Below, piece after piece: positions 1 to 9,623 of a stretch of 21,827 bases of DNA. The stretch lies in assembly GCF_006345805.1 (NCBI RefSeq), contig NW_021823588.1, positions 1-21,827 on the forward strand, read 5' to 3'. Source of the stretch: Octopus sinensis. Lineage: Eukaryota. The notes under the pieces are model-generated. The model had not been told where the DNA came from. It did no database searches and saw only the letters and a list, made by a program, of their open reading frames with translations. Position 1 is the first letter of the stretch; each line of letters begins with the position of its first letter. The translations under genes and the position numbers were made by a program.

Positions 1-1251
1 GCGGGACACAAGGTACGACGGTCAGGCGGTAATCGAGGACGGATGCGATTGTACGCGTTCGCCCACTCCGCCCGGCCTTTTAGAGACAGCTTTCTCTCGG
101 CCCATGTTTGGCTGAGAGCGACCACTCGTGATCTCGTCCCAGTTCTGATCCATTGAGGTCCGGACTGAACCAAACGCCGAGCAATTTAACCGGTCCGTCC
201 GTCCAGCGTCCCACTATTGAGCCGCAGTCGGACGGCATGGGTTTGCTTCTCCAGGTGCGGAGTAGCAAACTGACTTTTCCGGGTTAATTTTCGCTCCTGT
301 CACCGTTTCGTAGTTTCTTAGTGTCTCGCCTATCATCTGGATGTGTTTGTCGCTCGACACTATGACGGTGACATCATCCGCATATGCCGATACGCTCGTC
401 CCGCAACCCAGTTCCCGTGGGATGCCCCAGCGCCGCCAGCTTCCGTAGTAGCAGCTCGAGAGTCAATACATACAGAAACGCCAGACAGGGGACGCCCCTG
501 ACGGATCGACGCGAACGCGTGATGTCAAACGGTTTCGACAGGTGGACCGTTCACCCGAATCACCGATAGGATGCCGCTATACAAGGCAGCGATCCACCGC
601 GGAAGACGGGACCGAAGCCAGTCGCCCTGAGGAGGCGCCAAGTACCGATGGTCGACCCTATCGAAGGCTTTAGACTGATCCAAATTGATCAGTGCCCCAC
701 CCATGGCAGGATCCTTAACTACCCTATCCACAATGTAGCGCATCAGATGGAAGTTGTCATGTATGGTTCTGCCCGGCACAGCGCATGTTTGCGACCAGTT
801 TACCAATGACAATCGCCAACCTCTCGGCTATTACTTTAGCCAAAATTTTCAAATCTGCGTTGAGCAGAGTGATGGGCCTGAAATTATCTATAAAATTCCC
901 CTTGTTTGGGTCTTTCTTCAGCAACGTCACTGCACCTCGTCTCACGAAACCGGGGATTCTCCAGTTTTGTTGCCAGTTGCAGTAGACTAATGCCAAGAGG
1001 TCGCCAAACAAGTCTGGCATTTGACAATACAGCTCGTAGGGTAAACCATCCAATCCAGACGACTTATCCCTCGCGCAGCCCGCCATCGCATCCCGCACGT
1101 CAGCGGCTATGATGGGACTTTCACAACACTCCGCTTGTCTTGCCGAGAGCCGCGGCATGTCGGTCAGGTAGACACTGTAATCCATCCCGCGTTCCGACCC
1201 ACCACTCGCACCAAACAGTCGAGCAAAGAAAGTGCTGTTGAAAGGCCTCAC
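1..1251 (-). pseudogene. Reverse transcriptase domain of ORF2, copy A (frameshifted)
   Basis: Motifs GLDGLPYELY, NFRPITLLNADLKILAKVIAERL, INLDQSKAFDRVDH, SIRQGRPLS and AYADDVTVI (YADD at 373-384) match non-LTR RT consensus. Confidence 0.93.
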
Positions 1252-1607
1252 ACATCCTTTCGGGCTCGAGTAAACTGCATCCCTGTTGATCTATTAGAGA
1301 CCGAATGGTGGCTCTGTTGCCACGTTGCGCCTCCGCTACACGGGCCTCTCGCACAGCTTCGATCCCTTCATTCCTTAAGGCACGCATTTTAGCACTGACG
1401 ATGCAACCCTCGTGCTTGGCGTTGAGGTGTTGGTCGAGGGCCATCCTCGCAGTCAGCACGCTGGTTGCACTGCCAGTGGTAAGTGTCTCTTCTAGTTTCT
1501 TAACCAGGTCTCCCTCTACTCTATTTCGTTCTATCGCTAATTCCTTGCTGCTAAACCTAAATGATTCCGATTTTATTGCCATTTTCAGGGCGTACCACCA
1601 GCGGTTG

Positions 1608-2342
1608 TTAACGACGGCTCTCGTCAGCCCCTCTAATTAACTCGCTAATCCGGTTCCTGAAAACCTGTCGCGCTAAGAGCGACGTGTTCAGTTTCCAGTA
1701 ACCGGGATCCTGTCTATGTGTCTTATCTAAGTCGAGCGTACACGTCACAAATTTGTGATCTGTGTAGATGACTATTTTAAATTGTGGACATCCTACACTA
1801 TCCCTATCCGCTGTCCTGTCAGACAAATGGAAACGTCTGAGTAGGTCTTTGAGGCACTTACACCTCCTTCTATTCCTATCCATTCCCAGATAATCTAGAT
1901 GCGTGTCCAAGGTAGCGCTCCAATCCCCTACTAACAGTAAAGGTCTAGATGTACCCGGGAAAACCTCTAGACGTATGAAGAAATCCGCCCGACCTGTTAA
2001 GGACAGTGCATAAACTGCCATCAGACGGAATGCACACCCATTTCTGCCATCCACGTCCAAGACAACCAGCCCCGTGTCTAGGAATATTGTTCTTACTTTT
2101 ACATTTAGACTCTTTCGAAAAAGCACCGCGGTACCTCCACCACACATGTTCGACAGACAGGGAGAAAAATAAATGTCGAATTGATTGCCAAACATGGACG
2201 CGAGGGCCCGCGGCTTGCTGACTCTGGTTTTACTGATTGCTACTATATCCATGTTCAGTGACTTGATGTCGTTTAGAAGGTAACCTTGTTTCCAAGCCGA
2301 CGCCAAGCCACGTGCATTCACACAACCTAATTTAAGCATCAT
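1608..2342 (-). pseudogene. APE (exonuclease/endonuclease/phosphatase) domain of ORF2, copy A
   Basis: N-terminal CVNARGL, DIVAISKTR (E to K), LLLVGDWSA (GDFN-like), TDHKFV (SDH-like) and GYWKLNTSLL, the typical L1/Tx1 endonuclease end. Confidence 0.92.
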
Positions 2343-2348
2343 TGACGT

Positions 2349-2765
2349 TTACGAAAATTGTGTTTCACACACTACATTGGAAGAGACAAGAGGCAAGAGG
2401 GAAAGTGACTTACTCATTTCGAAAGTTTCAGTTTTTTCTTCATCTTTTGTAGTTTCTTTGAGAGGTGTTGAATAGTTTTTTGAGAGATATTTTTGAAACC
2501 CGCCTACCGCATTTGGAAATATGGTTTTCAGTGTGTGGTGTTGTGTTTGTGTTATGTGTACAATTCTTATGTGTTTCGGTGGAGTGGTGCGCGGATGATT
2601 ATTGGTCTTAAAGTCATCTTCGCAGATGTCCTTGTTGGATGCAATGTAATCCATTAATTTTTTATTGTCTGTGTCTATTGCAGTTAGTTGTGTGTGTAGT
2701 TTTTCGGGGTCATTGATTTTTGATTGTCTAAGGGGATGCTGTCCGGGGTTAAATATCTCTCTGCT
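2349..2765 (-). pseudogene. Probable C-terminal remnant of ORF1, copy A
   Basis: About 139 open codons ending in TAA 6 nt before the ORF2 ATG. Assigned by position only; no recognisable motif. Confidence 0.5.
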
Positions 2766-2780
2766 TTACTTACTTGTTTG

Positions 2781-2882
<102 letters not shown>

Positions 2883-4176
2883 TGTTTCTTTATTAGCCAC
2901 ACGGGGCTGCACACAGACAGAACAAATTACAAGGTAGAGCTTTTCTTTTGGGGAAAGAAAAAAGGTGGGGTAGGTTTTCGAGCAAAAGGGATCGTAAAAT
3001 GGAAAAAAGAAAATAAAGTGAAAAAGGAAAAGAAACAAAAGAAAAAAAACGATCAATAGGGATCGTGTATCACAGTGTCATGATGTACGGTGTAAAGGAG
3101 GAAGCAGTTAGGGTTTATGCGTGGGAAGAAAAGCCTACGAAAAATACCACCGTAACCTCGGTCAATATTGTAATATGTTACTACATTTGTTTGCAAGTGA
3201 GTAACCCTCTGTTTTCAATTTCTGCGTTCATAGGATTATGCTCAAGGTGGCTTCGTCATTCATACGTGCCATCCTTTCTACATTCATCCATCTTTTTTTG
3301 AAACATTCGCTAGACAAAAGTTGCCTCTCTACTCTCACTTTCTTGTTCAAGTGATACTTGAAGAAGTTGATGAGAGATTGACCAGAGAGGAAAGTGTTTG
3401 TCTCTAATCCTTTGAGGCGCGTCCACCACATACATTCTTTCGCCATAGCCACAAGGATGATGAAAATAGCTCTTCCTTCCCGTTTGAAGGAAGGAGGCGT
3501 GACGATATTGACGATAGACTCGGCTGATAAACAAACTCGTCCCACAGGTGACAGCAGTTGTTCGACATAAGCCCACAGGTCGGAAATTGTTGGACACTGC
3601 ACGAGTGCGTGCAGAACGGTTTCGTCGCTCTTGCCGCATCTCGGGCAGGCCGGACCCGTGTTTCTCGCTCATGTCTGTAGAGCTTATCCCGAACAGATAG
3701 CGCTTCTCGGTAGTACTGCCAGGCCAGGGATCTCTGGAAGTTGTCCATGGGCCCTGGTCCGAAAGTTGTCCTGAACAGGCGGGTCAGGTATTCCTCGTCG
3801 ACATCCAGGTTCTCCCCGAGCTCGTCGTCGTACCTCCCTTCCACTAATCCCCTATAGAATGCTTGGGTTGTGATGGAGTTACTCAGGGTCAACCCAGGAC
3901 GACAGAGTTGCTTAAGAGCAACGCGACACTCGCGGTGCCATTCGCCCTTCCTCGGCCTCTTTTTGATCCACGACTGCAGTTCGGTCATGGAGACTAGCTG
4001 CGGGAACGCGTGCCTCACAAACGGCGACCACACCTGTTCACCGTCGTCTACGAAGAACCTGAGATGTCGCAGTCCCAGCGCGTGTCTGCGCATCATCAAC
4101 CACGGCATGCCCAGTCCTCCTTTTAACGGGTGTTGACAGTAAATGGATCGCCTGACCATCGGGACGCATCATTTCA
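2883..4176 (-). mobile_element. L1/Tx1 LINE copy B: 5'-truncated, ORF2 C-terminus plus complete 3' UTR
   Basis: QHPLKGGLGMP motif; CCHC finger CPRCGKSDETVLHALVQC (3594-3647); stop at about 3228; U-rich 3' UTR ending GTGGCTAATAAAGAAACA followed by (TATC)n. Confidence 0.92.
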
Positions 4177-4330
4177 GATAGACAGACAGATAGATAGACG
4201 GGTAGATACATAGAAATATAGATAGAGAGAGGAGAGACAGAGAGGAGAGAGAGGAGAGAGAGAGAGACAGACAGACAGACATATAGATATATGTATAGAT
4301 ATGTATATATGTACATACATATATGTATAC

Positions 4331-4406
<76 letters not shown>

Positions 4407-4429
4407 ATATATATAATATTACGTATATG
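4177..4429. repeat. Compound microsatellite: degenerate (GATA/GACA)n, (GA)n, (TA)n
   Basis: Read directly. Confidence 0.95.
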
Positions 4430-4447
4430 ATATGTTACAATTACTCG

Positions 4448-4520
4448 ATAGTCAAGATAAAACTCTGAGTTTCAGATGCCGAAGTGGGAATCCACGACAT
4501 CGCTTCGGTTATTTGTCTAT
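4448..4520 (-). ncRNA. Hammerhead-like motif, type I minimal (family A, left arm, decayed)
   Basis: Minus strand: ATAGACAAATAA-CCGAAGC-GATGTC..GGCATC-T-GAA-ACTC(A)GAGT-T-TTATCTTGACTAT. Core deviates at positions 4 and 9 and has one extra U before G12. Confidence 0.5.
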
Positions 4521-4874
4521 TTGAAAACTCTATGAAAAAATACCGTTATACAAAGGGAAATTACTCTGTTATAACTCTGCTTGCCTGCGTACTTATACAT
4601 CACTCGCATTTTACGCCATAAAAATTATATAAAAATACATAAAAAATATATTAAATATATATAAAAAATATATAAAAAGATATAAAATCTTCTTGGGACA
4701 TAACATAGAAAGCATGTTCTATCTGTTTTCTTTAGGGGACCAAAAACGTAACAGAAATTTAGTCACATGTGGGCATGAACTGAAAAGTTCTGTCCTTGTG
4801 TTTAGACATGTAGTAGGGTCTAAGCTGCTTTTCCAGATTAGCCATCTCTCCATGTCGCATAGACCGCACCTTCC

Positions 4875-5775
4875 ACCCAATGATAGACTAAGTTATATTA
4901 ATGTAGGTTCATGCCATCCCCCTATAGTATTCAAAAATTTAGTTAAAAATATTAGTAAGAGGATTTCTAGCCTCTCATCTGATAAGGACATCTTCAATAG
5001 CGTTGCCCCAGTTTATAATAAGGCTTTAAAAGATAGTGGTTTTAGCGAAAAAATAAAATATACACCCATTACTAGCCCAACAGTAAGGAAAAGGAATAAT
5101 AGAAATAGGAAGGTCATCTGGTTTACGCCCCCTTACTCACCCGAGGTGGCCTTCAATATAGGTAAATATTTCCTGGCACTGATAGATAGACATTTTCCAG
5201 TTAACCATACTTATAGGAAACTCTTCAATAGACACAATTTAAAAATTAGTTTTAGTTCCACTACTTATTTTAAAAACATAATCAAACATAACATACAAAA
5301 AACACAAGAAAACAGCTGTTCATGTAGGAATAAAGAATTGTGCCCGCTAAATGGAGCTTGCATGTCCAAGACCATCATATATGAAGCTACCGTAAACTCT
5401 ATGACCACTAAAGACACCGTTTCGACGAAGAAATACATGGGCCTTACAGAGGGTAACTTCAAGGCCAGGTTCAATAACCACACTTTGAGCTTTAGGCACT
5501 GGAACAAAAGAAAAGCGACACAATTATCTAATCATAGTTGGTCTTTAAGTGATAAAGGTGTCGATTATAACATACATTGGAAGATTTTGGCCAGATGTAA
5601 CCCCTATACCAACGGCAGCGGAAGGTGCGGTCTATACGACACGGAGAGATGGCTTATCTGGAAAAGCAGCTTAGACCCTACTACATGTCTAAACACAAGG
5701 ACAGAACTTTTCGGATCATGCCCATATGTGACAAAATTTCTGTTACGATTTTGGTCCCCTAAAGAAAACAGATAG
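4875..5775 (+). pseudogene. PLE ORF fragment: RT thumb/C-terminus, Cys linker and GIY-YIG endonuclease
   Basis: YINVGSCHPP, YNKALKDSGF, RKVIWFTPPYS, CSCRNKELCPLNGAC, IIYEAT...KKYMGLTEGNFKARFNNH, RCGLYDTE and CLNTRTELFGSCPY. Confidence 0.93.
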
Positions 5776-5963
5776 AACATGCTTTCTATGTTGTGTCCCA
5801 AGAAGATTTTATATATTTTTATATATATTTTATATATTTTTTATGTATTTTTATATAATTTTTATGGCGTAAAATGCGAGCGATGTATAAGTACGCAGGC
5901 AAGCAGAGTTATAACAGAGTAATTTCCCTTTGTATAACGGTATTTTTTCATAGCGTTTTCAAA

Positions 5964-6022
5964 TAGCCAGATAACCGAAGAGATGGTTTCGGCATCTGAA
6001 ACTCAGAGTTTTATCTTGGCTA
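5964..6022 (+). ncRNA. Hammerhead-like motif, type I minimal (family A, right arm)
   Basis: Helix I TAGCCAGATAA/TTATCTTGGCTA (11 bp plus a bulge), core CCGAAGA (5975-5981), helix II GATG/CATC, extra U, GAAA, helix III ACTC-A-GAGT, triplet GUU. Confidence 0.62.
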
Positions 6023-6393
6023 CCGAATAATTGTCACATATTATTTTACAGATAAATTTCCTCTATTTACATAATATTGAGGTCTCTTTCTTTCTTTCGT
6101 TATCTTACCGTTTTTACCAATATATATATATATATGTGTGTGTATGTATATAGACATATACATATATGTTAGATAGACAGTGAGAGGGAGAGGGAGACAG
6201 AAAGAAAAAGAAGAAGAGAAAAGAGAGAGAGAGGGAGACAGAGAGATGTATATGGAATTCAAAGTGGACAATGGCAAAATATGAAAAATGAACAAGTTAA
6301 GAAATAAATTTCGCAAAATATTTCTTTCTATATTTATAAATGCATACTTACACTTACACACACAAACATACACACACACATATATATATATAT

Positions 6394-6867
6394 GCAGGCA
6401 CGTCGCTCAGAGTTTATGGTATTGGATTGATGGTCGTAAGATTGTGGTTACGAATTCTGGACTGGAAGATGCGTTCCATTCTTGAGCAAAGCAATTAATT
6501 GCACCGGGATTCAGTCCCACTGCGTGGCACCTTGGGCAAGTGTCTTCTACTATAGCCTCGGGCCGACCAAAACTTTGGGAGTGGATTTGGTAGACGGAAA
6601 CTGAAAGAAGCCTGTCGTATATATATATATATATATATACATATATATATGCGTGTGTGTCTTAGTGTGTCTGTGTTTGTCCCCCTAGCATTGCTTGACA
6701 ACCGATGCTGGTGTGTTTATGTCCCCATTACTTAGCGGTGCGGCAAAAGAGTCCGATAGAATAAGTACTGGGCTTACAAAGAATAAGTCCTGGGGTCGAG
6801 TTGCTCGATTAAGGGCGGTGCTCCAGCATGGCCGCAGTCAAATGACTGAAACAAGTAAAAGAGTAAA
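6394..6867 (+). mobile_element. Two abutting tRNA-derived SINE fragments with CORE-like domain; the second has an internal (TA)(TG) tract
   Basis: A degenerate A/B-box head at 6394-6500 ending CTTGAGCAAA, then a B-box-like GGATTCAGTCCC, GGCACCTTGGGCAAGTG (resembles the CORE GTGACCTTGGGCAAG), and a GTAAAAGA-type tail. Confidence 0.7.
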
Positions 6868-7010
6868 GTGGGTTCACTCAGGTGGGAAAAATGAGCAATT
6901 CTGCGTCGGACCGGCGCCGGCAAGTTTATCAGGTAAATTTTGATGTCAGTTGCTAGAATGCTATTTTAATATCAATATTTCAACTGTCGGGAATTCAACC
7001 AGTAATTCTA

Positions 7011-8035
7011 AGTTCGATCAATATTATATGCGCGCGTAGATTTGTTTTTTAGAAATATATTTTACATAGAATTTTTCGGAACGAAAGGGCAAAATATCTT
7101 TAATAAAAGTTTGAAATTAAATAAATATTGCATTCATACACAACTAGTAGGACCCGTGAATATTTCAAGGAACTATTGGGAAACCGATTGCATTGCATCT
7201 CAAAACTTTATCCAAAAAATCTCCAGAAAATGGTGTACAGGTATATGAGACAAAATTTCATCCCATTTCCCAGCGAGCTACTTTGGCGACAGTCGTAGAG
7301 TTGTAGGATATTCCTGATTCTGCGTTACAAGTAATTCACGAAATTATTATTATTATTATTTTCTACTCAAGTACTATTAGCCTTTTAAAAGTTGATATAT
7401 AGTAATTTCGAGCATGACTGTTAATCTAATATTATTTATGATAGTTTGTTTATGACAACGCTCATTCGAAATTAAGCAAGTTGAAGACCCACATGTCTGT
7501 TTCAGAGTTCGATCAATATTATAGTCGCTCGTAGAACTTTTATTTCACTTAAGATTTGTTTCTTTTCAAATATATTTTGCATAAAATGTTTCAGGAGTAA
7601 ATGGCAAAATATCTTTTGAAATTAAATAGATATTTCATTATTACTCAACTAGCAAGACCCGTGAATATTTCAAGGAACTATTGGTAAACCGATTGCGTTG
7701 TATCTCAAAACCAGAAAAGGTGTACAAGTTTATGAAACAAAAATTTCATCCTAATTTCCAGCGAGCTACTTTGGCGACAGTCGTAGAGTTGTAGGATTGT
7801 TGTAATTCCGAGTGCGGTTGTTTTCCAGGTAGCTCGCGGAATTATTAATTTTTTTTTTTCTATTCAAGTATTATTAGCCTATTAAAAGGTGATACATAAT
7901 TATTTCTAGCATGAAGGTTAATGTATTATTCTTTTTATTAGAGTTTGTTTTTAAAAATGCTCACAGGAAATTTAGCAATTTGACGGCCGATATGTCTGAT
8001 TTAGAAAATTTATGGAATACTACACTCTGATTCTA
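7011..8035 (+). repeat. Tandem duplication, two diverged ~495-bp units (start at 7011 and 7506)
   Basis: Shared start AGTTCGATCAATATTATA, with identical 29-nt (7151-7179/7656-7684) and 40-nt (7270-7309/7758-7797) blocks. Confidence 0.92.
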
Positions 8036-8302
8036 CCAAGTATTCTGACAGATATGTGTGTGTATGTATACATGTATATATATTCGTCTATGTGATGTCG
8101 TTTATACTTTCTGTAAACCCAAGGAAACAAGTTCCCCTGGGGATACATAATATGCATGGGCGGTGGTACGTCATTGCATAAACTTGGCTTAGCCAATTCC
8201 ATCAACTCATGTTCTTCGTTTCCTGCTCAAATTATAAAGCTCGAATATTAGAGAGCAAAGAATATTTTAGCAGAATATTACTTTAAATGACGAAAATATA
8301 TA

Positions 8303-8524
8303 CCTATTTCTTTACTACCCACAAGGGGCTAAACACAGAGAGGACAAACGGATTAAGTCGATTATATGGACCCTAGTACCCCACTGGTACTTATCTAATC
8401 GACCCCGAAAGGATGAAAGGCAAAGTCGACCTCGGCGGAATTTGAACTCAGAACGTAACGGCAGACGAAAAACCGCTTAGCACTTCGCCCGGCGTGCTAA
8501 CGTTTCTGCCAGCTGGCCGCCTTT
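8303..8524 (-). mobile_element. tRNA-derived SINE, near full length (tail type A)
   Basis: Minus strand: A box TGGCAGAAACGTT, B box GAGTTCAAATTCC, central GTCGACTTTGCCTTTCATCCTTTCGGGGTCGAT (Nin/Deu-like domain). Further copies lie at 15147, 19905, 20572 and 20783. Confidence 0.85.
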
Positions 8525-9185
8525 GATGAAAATATATACCACGAAAGGAAAACATTATCAATGCAAAAACAACAGTACAATCTACGTATATATACATGTG
8601 TGTGTGTGTGTGTTTGTGTTTGTGTGTGTGCATGTGTGTCTGTGTGTTTCTCTGTGCGTACGTGTGTAAATCTATGGAACTGAGTAAAGTTTTATAGTCT
8701 ATATGTATACACCAAGTGATTTTTGCATGCGAGCAAGATTGCGTATACATATGTGTACATGTATTTGTGTGTATATTTTCGTTTTGCATTTATATGTCTG
8801 CATATGTATGTGGTCTGTGCACATCTATCTATGTATTTTGATGTATACATGTATATTGATGGTTTAGTATGAGTATATACTATTGTGAAATATTTTTTAT
8901 ATATTTTGATATATTTTAATTTCAATTTTTATGTATTATTTGTATTAATCGAATTATATTTTCTACATAATTAATGGCAATATGTATTTGAACCAAAGCT
9001 TCGATTTAAGGTTTTTCCTCGATTTTTATAATTTTATATTTTATATTGAACTCATTTATTTGTTTCGTTTAATTTTTGTTTATCGCTCGCATACGACCGT
9101 TATTCGAAAGGACCAATCACGCAAGTCCATTTTTTAAAGTGTAACGTTTAAACTGGTGTTGATCGAATTGCCATCTCGGTTCTAT

Positions 9186-9244
9186 TTTAACAAAACTGTC
9201 CGACGAACGGAAACGTGAAACTCCGAGTAACAGCTTTTGTTAAA
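9186..9244 (+). ncRNA. Hammerhead ribozyme motif, type I minimal (family B)
   Basis: Helix I TTTAACAAAACTGT/ACAG(C)TTTTGTTAAA (14 bp), core CCGACGA (9200-9206), helix II ACG-GAAA-CGT, GAAA, helix III ACTC-C-GAGT, triplet GUA (cut after 9229). Confidence 0.8.
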
Positions 9245-9259
9245 TATCTGCTGCTTTTA

Positions 9260-9299
<40 letters not shown>

Positions 9300-9301
<2 letters not shown>

Positions 9302-9623
9302 CGTAAGGGGTATCAGCCATCTGAATGTGGCTAGCCACTGGGGGGGTGTTACTGATGCTTACCATGCGTTGACGAGAGGCAATTACCTTGAAACTATAGT
9401 CCGTATGTAGTACTCGGTTCTTCGAGGGAGGATGACCTCCCTTTGCAAGTAACACAAGGACACTGAGATAGTGTCTAAAGTCCTTCTGGTGACGTTGATC
9501 GCCTGGGGCTAAAAGCATCAGTAACCCCCCCCCTCCCCAGTGGCTAGCCACATTTAGATGGCTGATACCCCTTACGTTGTCGAGCGGTTACTGTTTATAT
9601 CTCGTTCAGAGATTTATTATTGT

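Larger units (their letters stand above)
1..2780 (-). mobile_element. L1/Tx1-clade non-LTR retrotransposon copy A, 5'-truncated within ORF1, decayed, continues beyond the left window edge
   Basis: Minus-strand order is ORF1 remnant, APE endonuclease, linker, RT. The domains are split over several frames by frameshifts. Collinear with copy C (13023-15897). Confidence 0.92.
4430..6120 (+). mobile_element. Penelope-like element (Neptune-type domain order), 5'-truncated, with an inverted copy of its 3' end
   Basis: RT C-terminus plus GIY-YIG coding region. Arm 4430-4874 is the reverse complement of 5620-6041. Both ends abut (TA)n. The right end at 6120 is inferred from the start of the (TA)n array. 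Confidence 0.9.

Noticed and set aside
754-2221. Plus-strand ORFs overlapping the LINE copies (also 3870-4136 and 13640-15208)
   Set aside because: They are antisense shadows of GC-richer LINE coding sequence with no independent motifs.
4693-4874. N-terminal 61 aa of the 360-aa ORF as a genuine PLE protein start
   Set aside because: It is the antisense reading of the inverted arm and starts at TTG; PLE coding homology begins at about 4875.
4430-6041. DNA transposon with long TIRs
   Set aside because: The internal ORF is RT C-terminus plus GIY-YIG, not a DDE transposase. The left arm copies coding sequence and the arms are asymmetric.
7011-8035. CRISPR-like array (identical blocks with different spacers)
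   Set aside because: Only two direct units with a ~495-bp period, the intervening sequences are homologous, the context is eukaryotic and there are no cas genes.
8303-8524. tRNA gene
   Set aside because: It has A/B boxes but no complete cloverleaf, continues into a repeated body and tail, and is present in several diverged copies, so it is a SINE.
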